Assembly (NCBI GenBank): GCA_050118535.1
Contig: JASFKR010000001.1
Span: 20,277 to 84,276 of the forward strand
Direction of reading: 5' to 3'
DNA: 64,000 nucleotides
Source of the DNA: Myxococcales bacterium
Lineage (GTDB): Bacteria; Myxococcota_A; Polyangia; Polyangiales; JAFGIB01
The notes beneath the pieces were generated by a model. That model was not told the origin of the DNA and did not search any database. It saw nothing but the letters and a program-made list of their open reading frames with translations. Every line of letters starts with the position of its first letter. Positions within the stretch are counted from its first letter, which is position 1. The translations under genes were made by a program, and so were the position numbers. Shown one piece after another: positions 44,001-52,299 of this stretch.

Positions 44001-46793
44001 GCCGCGCTGATCCGCGCCCAGGCCCCCACGGCCGACCCCGATCCGCTGGTCGAACGTTGTGTCGAGGCGCTCGGCGTGGCCAACGCCGAGGAGGTGCTGA
44101 TGGCGGTCCGTGAAGCGATTGCCGCGCTGACGCGACGGGGCGCGCACCTGCAGGCGGCGCGACTGTCGCTGGAGCTCGCAGAGCAAGCGGGTCTGCCCGA
44201 CGAGTCGTTTTCGCGCCGGGCGCTGCAGGCTGCTCGACTGGCACACGACTCCCTGCTGACGACCCGTGCACTGGAACGTCTCGCCACGTCTCTGGACGGC
44301 CGGGACCGCGTCGGGGTGTTGCTCGAGCTCTCCGCGCACCATCGCGACCACGGCGACCACGCGGCCGAGGCGCGCGTGCTGCTTCGGGTGCTGGAGCTCG
44401 ACGGCGCACACCCCGTAGCCTTGCGTCAGCTCGAAACGATTTTTCGTGCCGCTGGCGACGCCGTGCGCCTACATGCGGTGTCGACGCTTGCGCTCGAGGC
44501 CGAGGAGGACCCCGAGGCCCGGCGTCGGCGCCTCCTGGAGCTCGCGGGGCTTGCCTTCGGACCGTTGGGCGACCGCGAGCAGGCGGAGCTCCACCTGAGG
44601 GCCCTGATCGCGGAGAGCGCCACGGACGCTCAGTGGATGCGCCGCGCCGCAGGGCTGCTCCTTTCGATGGGCGACCTGCCCTGGGCACTCGAACGCTGCG
44701 TCGACCTGGCGGACGAATGCCCGCCCGAGCTGGGCGCGCGCCTCTACCTCTGGGCAGCGGTCACGGCCGAAAACCGCCTGACGGACGATGATCTGGCCCT
44801 GCGCCTCGCCCTGCGTGGCACCCGCCGTTTTCCGATGCAGGCGGAGCTCTTGCTGATCGTCGAGCGCATCACGCTTCAGCGCGACGGCGTCGACACCGCG
44901 ATGGACACGTACGATTGGCTGATCGATTCGTCTGTCGGACCACATGGCCGACGCGCGCTCCTGTATCGAGCAGGACGCTGGCTGGAGCGTACGGGACGGC
45001 TGGGCGGAGCACTCTCCCGCTACCGGCAGGCCTTCGAGCTCGGCCCGAGCGGAGGCGTCGCGTTCAAGGCGCTGGAGCGAGTCGCCTGCGAACTCGGCGA
45101 TCATGACGCGCTGTGCGACTGTTACGAGACACTCGCCCGGCACGTGGACGACGACTCCGCGCGTGTGGCGCTGCTACGCGAGGCCGCCGGACTTTGTCAG
45201 ACGCAGAGCGGACGTCACGAGCGCGCCCTGTCGTTGTTGCTCGAAGCCAACGCGGCGACGGCAGGGCACACGCTGGACGGCGAGGTGCTCGAAGCGGCGC
45301 GGTTGCTCGCGCGAGCAAATCCGGAAGCCGGGCGGGCCGGTTGGAACCGGGTACGGCAGGCGCTGGAAGCGAGGGTCGAGCTTCTGTGGGACGGCCCCGA
45401 CAAGGCCGCCACGCTGGTGCGACTGGCGGAGATATTCGGCAACGAGCTGGATGACCACCCGCATGCCCTGGGCTGTCTGGAACGGGCCGAAGCGCTGGCG
45501 GTGCGGGAAGAGCTGGAGCCGGACGTGCGGACCGACATCGCCGTCGCGCGGGCCGAGGAGCTGCTACGCACCGGCAGGCGGGCCGAGGCTCGGCGCGCCA
45601 TGGCCGACGCACTGCAGCAGACGCCCGACCATCCCGGCGCGTTGCGGATGAACGAACGCCTGGCGGCGGATCGGGAGGTCGACAGTTCTCAGGTTGCGCC
45701 ACCGCCCGCCGTGTCCACACCAGAGGCCGGCAGACGCGTCACCCTGGAGCTCGCCCGGCAGCTGCTGGGCGAACGAACCGGCACCGTGCGTGCCAGAGAG
45801 CTGTTGCGTGATTTGTGCATCCGCGAGCCCGGCAACGTGGAAGCGCTTCACACGCTGTACGAGGCGACCGCCGCTTCGGGATCCGGCGCCGAGTACTGGG
45901 TGGCCGCCACTCTGATGTCGGTGTTCGACCCGAGCGTGGAAGCCCCACCCGCCCCCGCCTTCCACGCCGCCCTTTGGCGAGACCACGACCTGCTGGGCGC
46001 GATCGGAGAACCTTTCGACCCGGAGGTCTCCCGGTTTCTGGAGCGCCTCTGGGAATGCGCGCGCGCCGTCCCACGCTACCGGGGCTCCCTGCGCGCGCAC
46101 GGTATCAGCGAGCGTGACCGCATCTCCCGCCAGACGGTCGGACCGGTGGCAGAGGCCTACGGCCAGGCCGCACGGGCGCTGCGCATCCAGGACGTACCCG
46201 TCTTCCTGGGATTGCAGCCGGACCCGCTCGTCCGCGTGCTCCCCACGCATCCACCGTCCCTCGTGGCGGCACGGCTCGGCGCCCCGTCGGAGTCCGTTCT
46301 GATGCACGAGATCGCGCGCGGACTTTGGCTGGCGCAGCCCCGCTTCGCCGTCACGGGTGCGGTCACGGCAGAGGAATCACGAACACTCCTCGACGCGGCC
46401 GTGGCGACGTTTGGCGGCTCCGCGATTGCGAAGCTCGGCGAAGACGCACGCGACGTGGCGGCGGCGCTGTATCAGGCGGTGCCGGCGATCGAACAGCGCG
46501 GTCTCGGGAAGGTCGTGCTCGCGCATCGCAACGTCTTGCGCTCGGAGACGGTACGCTCCCGCGTCATGCGCTCCGCTGCCAGGGCCGCGCTGCTCGTTTC
46601 CGGAGCGCTGCGCGAAGCCATCGGTCTCGTTGCAACGCGCGAACCAGAGCTCGCCGACCTCGACGTGAGCCGGTCCGCAGATTTCAAGACGGGCTGCGAA
46701 CGCTCCTCCGAGCTCGCCGAGATCGTTCGATGCGCTCTGGAGGAACCCTTCCTCGGTGCCCTCGACCGGGCCCTGCACGCGCGACAGCGCTGA
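41049..46793 (+). CDS. giant (about 1914 aa) DUF4388(PATAN-like)-TPR/helical-repeat protein
   Basis: Start ATG 41049 (MDGRPLDASPLAALLLDLAARRATGRLAFGGRAVLLRRGELLDV is a DUF4388-like N-terminus). The rest is Ala/Leu/Arg-rich helical and TPR-like repeats. The 2161 aa listed ORF is over-extended into sppA. Confidence 0.7.
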   Translation: MDGRPLDASPLAALLLDLAARRATGRLAFGGRAVLLRRGELLDVLPAADDAPLARYLVEGGRISADGLERFRARAERERTSLLDLLQQEGAIAADILEEARRDVLLDRLLRGLQSSERHDEPLPVLEPAPEAGDASAAPQDLVGAVLSTLTREAQGSATDALSSALNHRLTLRAGEHQERARAFCNLEPAPERPAVATILARDPSAAARVMALLRAGLATLSPPGHSHPSEQRGGGTLPPAPMRSSAFPTGVTSAPPPGDDPLAGLSERPPRTRLDPGLADASTEPLSPTPLPRLPEPTLALDDPMRPLEQNLQALEARGAPGPERARVLRAMAEIWRTRFGSVERSCRWLREAVAADPDDARLLEQTALCCHHMGDPELAARYAEAAVAMAGISIERASAQRLRATVLRASGDADGAVEALCEAAADDPTSPEPHELVAGVLLARGNAEGTNAHARLAAAAHQDADPERARALLDWAWSLQPTNVPTTVEYASLLDMTGRRTGAVAVLAETAARSTDPDGRRKLRLAAAQRAEAAERPDMAAELLREAFDVEPHFDLLYAPLEEDLRDAVEPALHAAVIEDIASACPDGQRAHWLTRAAHAMARVEAGHEAAAWLFYEAMLTDPMQAQALDGLRAHARSRRELLLLAHALRTHIAAGLGGGLDMSSELRTLGEIAEEQLHNPDLALAAFTQLRRLGGGDEAIDARADRLAETCEERRERLAEAESALRAATPEQRAGRAVEVAGLLPDLPEEWPRTVSLLRDAHRAERLRGRDRERLETLLGLSRDAEALLDHLESESEHAGALDERLRLLHRIAAVHTVRGDARKTAITAERILAQAPGDALGLARLERAGRRLRDPDRIGRVLALRADAEKQPARRARTLARLARLQESLHEEGEAAKHAAQALSLDATAADAALVLLRTAHMLPAGQALPAVRRAADALGVSRRLCRVWSTAATTAGDRAATQEALERWVRVLPMDVEARAALIRAQAPTADPDPLVERCVEALGVANAEEVLMAVREAIAALTRRGAHLQAARLSLELAEQAGLPDESFSRRALQAARLAHDSLLTTRALERLATSLDGRDRVGVLLELSAHHRDHGDHAAEARVLLRVLELDGAHPVALRQLETIFRAAGDAVRLHAVSTLALEAEEDPEARRRRLLELAGLAFGPLGDREQAELHLRALIAESATDAQWMRRAAGLLLSMGDLPWALERCVDLADECPPELGARLYLWAAVTAENRLTDDDLALRLALRGTRRFPMQAELLLIVERITLQRDGVDTAMDTYDWLIDSSVGPHGRRALLYRAGRWLERTGRLGGALSRYRQAFELGPSGGVAFKALERVACELGDHDALCDCYETLARHVDDDSARVALLREAAGLCQTQSGRHERALSLLLEANAATAGHTLDGEVLEAARLLARANPEAGRAGWNRVRQALEARVELLWDGPDKAATLVRLAEIFGNELDDHPHALGCLERAEALAVREELEPDVRTDIAVARAEELLRTGRRAEARRAMADALQQTPDHPGALRMNERLAADREVDSSQVAPPPAVSTPEAGRRVTLELARQLLGERTGTVRARELLRDLCIREPGNVEALHTLYEATAASGSGAEYWVAATLMSVFDPSVEAPPAPAFHAALWRDHDLLGAIGEPFDPEVSRFLERLWECARAVPRYRGSLRAHGISERDRISRQTVGPVAEAYGQAARALRIQDVPVFLGLQPDPLVRVLPTHPPSLVAARLGAPSESVLMHEIARGLWLAQPRFAVTGAVTAEESRTLLDAAVATFGGSAIAKLGEDARDVAAALYQAVPAIEQRGLGKVVLAHRNVLRSETVRSRVMRSAARAALLVSGALREAIGLVATREPELADLDVSRSADFKTGCERSSELAEIVRCALEEPFLGALDRALHARQR

Positions 46794-46848
46794 GCGAATG
46801 GCAGCTGCTTCGGCCGACGGGTGCGTTCGCGACCTCAGCCGGCGAGAC

Positions 46849-47577
46849 TCAGCACCCCGGATCGATGCAGGTCCGGCCGTCCGCACCGGCGTTGTCGGGG
46901 CACTGATCGCCTACGGCCTCTTCGATGGTCAACCCCACCTCCAGCAGGTCCTGCAGGCACGCGGTCAGGCAACCATCGCAAATCTCGATCGGATAGATGA
47001 ACGGCTTGAAGTCCACGTCCACGTCGCCCGTGGTGGTACCGAAGATCTGGATCTCCGCGAGGATCTGGGTGCCAGTGAAGCTGTTGAGCTGCTTGGCGTA
47101 CGGCAGCGGAATCGCCTCGACCGACGCGATGCCGGTGGTTGGGTTGTCACCCTGCGAGGGGGGCAGCGAATTGTTGGTGGTGACGAGGAACGGGTTGGGG
47201 AGCGGCGGGTTCACGCGGTCGAAGTAGATGGTCTCCTTCGCAACCGTCATCAACCGGACCTCGGCGCTGTGAATCTGGAGGATGTTCGGCTCCGCGCGAC
47301 CGAGCTCCTCATCTCGGTTGCTTCGGAGGTAGCTGTTGATGAGCAGGTTGACGAAATACGGATTCTCGCAGAAATCGCCCAGGCCGTTTCCGCCAGGCGA
47401 GATGTCGTACAGGCCGTTGGGCAGGAAGACGCCGCCACCGCCCTCCGGGGATACGGTGCAGGAAGAATCCGGCGGGACGTTGAACGTCACGAAAGCCGAT
47501 GGCCCTTCGGGAGCACACGCGGACACGAACGAGAACGCAAGCAGCGCAAGAAATCGCAGGGCACGGCCCATGGCCAC
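46849..47577 (-). CDS. lipoprotein, function unknown
   Basis: MAMGRALRFLALLAFSFVSAC (signal plus lipobox). GGAGG lies 6 nt upstream of the ATG. Cys pairs at both ends. Visibly lower GC than its neighbours. Confidence 0.65.
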   Translation of the reverse strand: MAMGRALRFLALLAFSFVSACAPEGPSAFVTFNVPPDSSCTVSPEGGGGVFLPNGLYDISPGGNGLGDFCENPYFVNLLINSYLRSNRDEELGRAEPNILQIHSAEVRLMTVAKETIYFDRVNPPLPNPFLVTTNNSLPPSQGDNPTTGIASVEAIPLPYAKQLNSFTGTQILAEIQIFGTTTGDVDVDFKPFIYPIEICDGCLTACLQDLLEVGLTIEEAVGDQCPDNAGADGRTCIDPGC

Positions 47578-47631
47578 CTCCAGAAACGGGGAACCCGTGT
47601 TCCAGATCCTAGCGCCTTGGCCGGGAAAGCC

Positions 47632-47652
47632 AAAAAAATGCGGGGGAGCCGC
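47632..47652 (-). terminator. weak rho-independent terminator after aroKB
   Basis: Minus strand reads TGCGG-ctcc-CCGCA followed by TTTTTTT. Confidence 0.45.
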
Positions 47653-47654
47653 AC

Positions 47655-49226
47655 CTACATGCGCAGCAGGTCGCCTACCTGTTCGAGGGGCAGCGGCCGG
47701 AGCTCGACCTCGCCCGGCGCGCCCGGAATCACGAACGTGACCTGCCCTCCCCGGCGCTTCTTGTCGGCTGCGATGTAGGCCAGCGTCGCAGCGTCGAGCC
47801 GGCCCTCCACGTCGACGGGCAGCCCCAGCGAAGACAGCAGTGCGCGCGCGCGCTGCTGGTCATCGGTCCGAGCGCTGCCGAGCTTCACGGCCAACTTGAA
47901 CGCCGCGACCATTCCCAGGGCGACCGCCTCACCATGGCGCAGGCCCGCGTAGCCTTCGGCAGCCTCCAGCGCGTGCCCGACGGTGTGCCCCAGGTTCAGC
48001 AACGCGCGCGTCCCTGACTCGCGCTCGTCCTCGGTGACGATTCGGGCCTTGAGCGTGGCCGACATGCGGACCGCGCGGATCAGTGCCTCGGGCTCGCCGC
48101 GACGCAGGGCCGCTGCGTCATCCTCGATCGCTGCCACCTCCGACTCACCCGCGAGCCAAGCGGACTTTGCGATCTCGGCCAGCCCGCTGATTCGATCCCG
48201 CTCGGGGAGCGTCCCCAGCACCTCCACGTCACAGGTCACGAAGCTGGGCTGGTGGAAGGTGCCCACGAGGTTCTTGCCGTGGCGGGTATCGAAGCCGGTC
48301 TTGCCCCCGATGGCGCTGTCTGCCATCGACAGCACCGTGGTCGGCAGGTGTCCCACCGGGATTCCGCGCAGCAGCGTGGAGGCCGCAAAGCCGGCGAGGT
48401 CGCCCACGACGCCGCCGCCCAGGCTCACCACGCCGCAGCCGCGATCCATCCCGCCGTCGAGTGCGCGCTCCCAAATCAGGTTCACGGTCTCGATGGACTT
48501 GTGCTCCTCGCCGGGCGGCAGGACAACCTCGACCACCTTTCGCCCCTCGGCCTCGAGAGCACCTCGCAGCGAATTCGCCCAGTGCGGCGCCACGTTCCGG
48601 TCGCTGACCAGCAGCAGTTTGTCGCCATCGCACATGGCGGCCGCGTGGGCGCCACTACCGTGCCGTACGCCCGAGCCTACCTCCACGCGATAGGTCCGCC
48701 GCCCAAGCGGCACGGCGATCAACTCACGTCGGGCCAATGCCACCACGTCTTCTGCGATGGCTCTCGGATCACGGGCGCCGGAAGGCACGCGGCCATGACA
48801 TTCGGCGTAGGCGTCAGCTCGTGACGAGAGCAACTCCCGAAGCCGCCGTTCCGGGTCCACGCCCTGCAGCAAGGGGCGCCCGCCCTCGCCGGCGACACGA
48901 CGCACCAACTCCGCCAGGTCGGCATCGAGCGTCACGAGCGTCCCCGCGCGAAGCAGGGCGTGGCGGCTCTCGACGTTCGCCACTGTGCCGCCGCCCAGGG
49001 CCACGACCGCATCCTCGACATCGCCCAACAATAGGCGCAGCGTCTCGACCTCGAGGGCGCGGAAGGCTCGCTCCCCTTCCCGTTCGAAGAGTGTCGGGAT
49101 GTCGACTCCGGCCCGGCGCTCGATCTCGGCGTCCAGATCCAGGCACGGCACCCCCAGACGGTGCGCCACCTCCCGGGCCACCGTCGACTTCCCGCTACCC
49201 ATGAGACCCGAGAGAAAGATTCGCAC
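47655..49226 (-). CDS. aroKB: bifunctional shikimate kinase / 3-dehydroquinate synthase
   Basis: N-terminus GLMGSGKSTV (AroK). C-terminal part GGGVVGDLAGF, DSAIGGKTG, NLGHTVGHALE (AroB). Confidence 0.92.
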   Translation of the reverse strand: MRIFLSGLMGSGKSTVAREVAHRLGVPCLDLDAEIERRAGVDIPTLFEREGERAFRALEVETLRLLLGDVEDAVVALGGGTVANVESRHALLRAGTLVTLDADLAELVRRVAGEGGRPLLQGVDPERRLRELLSSRADAYAECHGRVPSGARDPRAIAEDVVALARRELIAVPLGRRTYRVEVGSGVRHGSGAHAAAMCDGDKLLLVSDRNVAPHWANSLRGALEAEGRKVVEVVLPPGEEHKSIETVNLIWERALDGGMDRGCGVVSLGGGVVGDLAGFAASTLLRGIPVGHLPTTVLSMADSAIGGKTGFDTRHGKNLVGTFHQPSFVTCDVEVLGTLPERDRISGLAEIAKSAWLAGESEVAAIEDDAAALRRGEPEALIRAVRMSATLKARIVTEDERESGTRALLNLGHTVGHALEAAEGYAGLRHGEAVALGMVAAFKLAVKLGSARTDDQQRARALLSSLGLPVDVEGRLDAATLAYIAADKKRRGGQVTFVIPGAPGEVELRPLPLEQVGDLLRM

Positions 49227-49292
49227 GTTCCAGCCCTCGCGAGCGGGAGTGTATCCGGCCTCGCCTGCAGTGCAACGACCCGCCCAAATTGA

Positions 49293-49324
49293 CCGAGGGG
49301 CCGCGTACGGACGCAGCCCCTCGG
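49293..49324 (-). other. 9 bp GC stem-loop between pilQ and aroKB
   Basis: CCGAGGGGC (49293-49301) pairs with GCCCCTCGG (49316-49324), with a 14 nt loop. The minus strand is followed by tcaatttggg, a poor T-run. Confidence 0.4.
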
Positions 49325-49348
49325 AAAGGACGAAACCGTCGCGGAGGC

Positions 49349-51517
49349 TCAGCGACTGAGGGCCTCGCTGCGATTGACGATCCGCGGCGTGAGAAAGATC
49401 AGCAGTTCGTTGCGAGCGTCGCGCTGCTGGGACTGCCGGAACAGGATGCCGAGGATCGGTATGTCACCGAAGAAGGGAATTTGCTGGAGACCTCGACCGG
49501 TGTTGCGAGTGTAGATCCCGCCGATGACGGCAGTGTGGCCATCCTGCACCAGCAGACTCGTGTTGGCCGACCTCTTCAGGATGGTCGGGTCACCGCGCGC
49601 GCTCGTCTGGTTGAAGTCGGGTTCGTCGCGCGTGATGGCCACGTCCATCTGAACGGCCCCGTCGCTGGTCACGTGCGGCGTGACGTTCAGGCTGAGCTTG
49701 GCCTCCTGGAAGGCGGTCTGAACACCCTGGGCGCTGACCTGCGAGTAGGGGATCGACGTGCCCTGCTCGATGTTCGCGGCGTGATTGTCCAGAGTGAGGA
49801 TGCGTGGCGAGCTGATGATCCGCACGTGACCGCTGGTCTCGAACGCCGACAGCCGCACCGCCACGTTGAAGTTGCCGGCGAGGCTACCGAGGGACAGACC
49901 CAGCGCGGCACCCTGCCCGGTGCCGGCCGGAGCCGGAAAGTTCACTACGAAGTTGGGGTTGGGAACCGCGGCTGCAAACGGGGACAGGCCCGCGGTGGGC
50001 GTCTGCCCGTCGGTGGCACCGCCGGCGACGGTCAGGTCGCTGGGGAAGGTGAGCCCCGTCGGGTTGCCCGTGGCAGAGCTCATCACCATGCTGCCGCCCC
50101 ACTGAATGCCGACCTGGTGAGTGAAGCTGGTCGTGGCCTCCACGATGCGCGCCTCGATCAGCACCTGCGGAGTCTGACTGTCGAGGCTCCGGACCAACTC
50201 CTCGACGTTGTCGAGATTCTCCGCCACGTCTCGCACGACCAGGATGTTGGTGCGGGTGTCCACCGAAGCCGTGCCTCGCTCGGAAAGCAGCTCGCTCGCC
50301 CGCGCCTTGAGTTCGTTCGCGGTGGCGTAGCTGACCGGAATGAGACGGGTCTCGAGAGGCGCGAGCTCGATTCGCTGCTTCTGTCGCGCGATGGCCATCT
50401 CGCGCTCCTTCTCGAGCGTCGCCTGAGGCGCCACGCGGAGCAGGTTGCCGCGGCGCACCATTCCCAGCCCCTTGGCGGTCAGGATGACGTCGAGGGCCTG
50501 ATCCCAGGGCACGCCCTTCATCTTGATCGTGACCGATCCCGCGACGTCGTCGGCGGTAATGATGTTGACGTTCCCGACCTCGGAAAGCAGACGCAGGATG
50601 TTGTGGATGTCGGCGCTCTTGAGGTCGAGGTCGATCCGGCGGCCGGTGTACTTGCGCCGCTGGCGCGCCCCCCCGATCTGCATCGGGACGTCGCTCAGGA
50701 AGGCGGCGACCTCCGAACCGTCGATCTCCACCGACTCCTGCCGGGCCACGGTGCGGGTCCCGCCGACGCCCTCGGAGTCACCTTCCGCCGCGGCGAAGAG
50801 CCAGACGATGCGATTGCCCTCACGAATCGCGGTCGTGCTCGCCCCTTGCTTGCGGTCCACCTCGAGAACGATGCGCCCTGCGCTCCGTTTGACATCAACG
50901 GTGCGGATCACCGACGACGAATCACCCTCGAGGTGACGCAGGACGTCGTCGCGAAGCTCGGCGCCCGTGATCTCGAGACGCGCAGGCCCGCCGGTTCCGG
51001 GCAAGACCCGGAACTGCCCGGGACGAGAGAGCTCTGCCACCACCCGATCCCGACCGTTTCGACGCTCGATGATCACGTGTTTGACCTCGAGCGGATCCTT
51101 GGCCGACCCGCGCTCCTCGGATGCGAACGCACCCTCGGACGCGTCGAAGACGACGCGGATTCGCCCCCGGTCGCTGAACGCCCGGTAGGCGGCGGGACGC
51201 GTCAGGTTGACGACGACGCGAACTCCCTTGGCGGTCGTGCTCGCAGTGGTCCGCACCACGAGCGCCGCCGTGCCGCGCACGTCGACCCCGCGATCAGCGA
51301 GCGCTGCGCCGGCGACCTCGACCACCACCTGCTTGCCGCCGTCGAGCGGCCGGATGGAATAGTCGGGAATGGCGAAGCCGCCGGCAATCGAAACCTCGGC
51401 GTGGTCTTTTTCACCGGTAACGTGAAGGGTTGCCACGCGGGCGCCGTCGTTTGCGAACGCGGTGGCAGCGGAAAACAGCGTGAGGGCAAGTGCAATGAAG
51501 CCGCACGTCAGGCGCAT
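49349..51517 (-). CDS. pilQ: type IV pilus secretin PilQ
   Basis: Signal peptide, two AMIN-like N-terminal repeats, and a secretin C-terminus (VIGGIYTRNTGRGLQQIPFFGDIPILGILFR...ELLIFLTPRIV). AGGAG lies upstream of the ATG. Confidence 0.93.
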   Translation of the reverse strand: MRLTCGFIALALTLFSAATAFANDGARVATLHVTGEKDHAEVSIAGGFAIPDYSIRPLDGGKQVVVEVAGAALADRGVDVRGTAALVVRTTASTTAKGVRVVVNLTRPAAYRAFSDRGRIRVVFDASEGAFASEERGSAKDPLEVKHVIIERRNGRDRVVAELSRPGQFRVLPGTGGPARLEITGAELRDDVLRHLEGDSSSVIRTVDVKRSAGRIVLEVDRKQGASTTAIREGNRIVWLFAAAEGDSEGVGGTRTVARQESVEIDGSEVAAFLSDVPMQIGGARQRRKYTGRRIDLDLKSADIHNILRLLSEVGNVNIITADDVAGSVTIKMKGVPWDQALDVILTAKGLGMVRRGNLLRVAPQATLEKEREMAIARQKQRIELAPLETRLIPVSYATANELKARASELLSERGTASVDTRTNILVVRDVAENLDNVEELVRSLDSQTPQVLIEARIVEATTSFTHQVGIQWGGSMVMSSATGNPTGLTFPSDLTVAGGATDGQTPTAGLSPFAAAVPNPNFVVNFPAPAGTGQGAALGLSLGSLAGNFNVAVRLSAFETSGHVRIISSPRILTLDNHAANIEQGTSIPYSQVSAQGVQTAFQEAKLSLNVTPHVTSDGAVQMDVAITRDEPDFNQTSARGDPTILKRSANTSLLVQDGHTAVIGGIYTRNTGRGLQQIPFFGDIPILGILFRQSQQRDARNELLIFLTPRIVNRSEALSR

Positions 51518-51576
51518 GGAGCTCTCCTAATGCTGACTAGTCCCGCTGATTTTCCGATGCCGGAGCGCCCCAACGC

Positions 51577-51656
51577 AAAAAACTGGTGCATGCACCGTCC
51601 GACACTGCCCTGCTGCCCGCAAACGAGAACGGGCGGCGAGTCCAAACCCGCCGCCC
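51577..51656 (-). other. two hairpins in the 168 bp pilP-pilQ spacer
   Basis: Read on the minus strand. First, GGGCGGCG-N10-CGCCGCCC (51631-51656). Then the palindrome GGTGCATGCACC (51585-51596), followed by AGTTTTTTG (A-run 51577-51582 on the plus strand). Confidence 0.35.
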
Positions 51657-51685
51657 GGTGAGCGTTCAGTCTACACAACGCCCGT

Positions 51686-52297
51686 TCAGCGCTCTGCCAC
51701 TTCCTCGTTCAGCACGATGATCTTGGTCAGCGCCGTCCGGGTGGGATCGGCCGGGTCCTGTTGAGTCAGAACGACCTCGTTCTCCCGAATGCGGTCGACG
51801 CGCCAGTTGAGCTGCATGGACACGCTCCCACTGGCCTGGATGACCTTCGGGCGCCCGATGTAGTCGCCGCGCTGGACCACGTGGCCCACGTTGGCGCGGT
51901 CCACCAGCATCGCCTTGGGCCGGGGCAAGCCGGTGATGATCGCGATCAGCCGCATTTCGTCGACCGACGTCGATGGCATGAGCACCCGCCGCTGAATGTC
52001 CTCCGGCGCCTCGGCGCTGAAGACGGTGCTGTAACTCATGAACGGATCCCGGTTTCGGAGCGACTCGACGAAGTCGTCGTCCGTGAACACCACGGGCTCG
52101 GCCTCCTTGGCCTCATCTCCCTCGCCCGGCTCCTGCTCGGCAGCTTCGGCCTTGGCCGCACCTCCGCCCCTGCCACCCCCACGGGTGTTCGATCGTTGCG
52201 GCTCATCGCCGCAGCCCGTCGCGCCCCCGACGAACGCGACCAGCAGAAGCGTGCGAAGCCCGTGATTCTTTCCGCTCGTCATCATGTGCCTCGTCAC
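51686..52297 (-). CDS. pilP: pilus assembly lipoprotein PilP
   Basis: Lipobox FVGGATGC. Gly/Glu-rich linker. The C-terminal beta domain and its position between pilO and pilQ fit PilP. Confidence 0.75.
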   Translation of the reverse strand: MTRHMMTSGKNHGLRTLLLVAFVGGATGCGDEPQRSNTRGGGRGGGAAKAEAAEQEPGEGDEAKEAEPVVFTDDDFVESLRNRDPFMSYSTVFSAEAPEDIQRRVLMPSTSVDEMRLIAIITGLPRPKAMLVDRANVGHVVQRGDYIGRPKVIQASGSVSMQLNWRVDRIRENEVVLTQQDPADPTRTALTKIIVLNEEVAER

Positions 52298-52299
52298 GG

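Noticed and set aside
47586-47612. TGGAAC-N5-TTCC as a sigma54 promoter for the 46849..47577 lipoprotein
   Set aside because: The essential -12 GC is replaced by CC. The motif coincides with a simple hairpin (ACGGG-N3-CCCGT) and would leave almost no leader before the ribosome-binding site.
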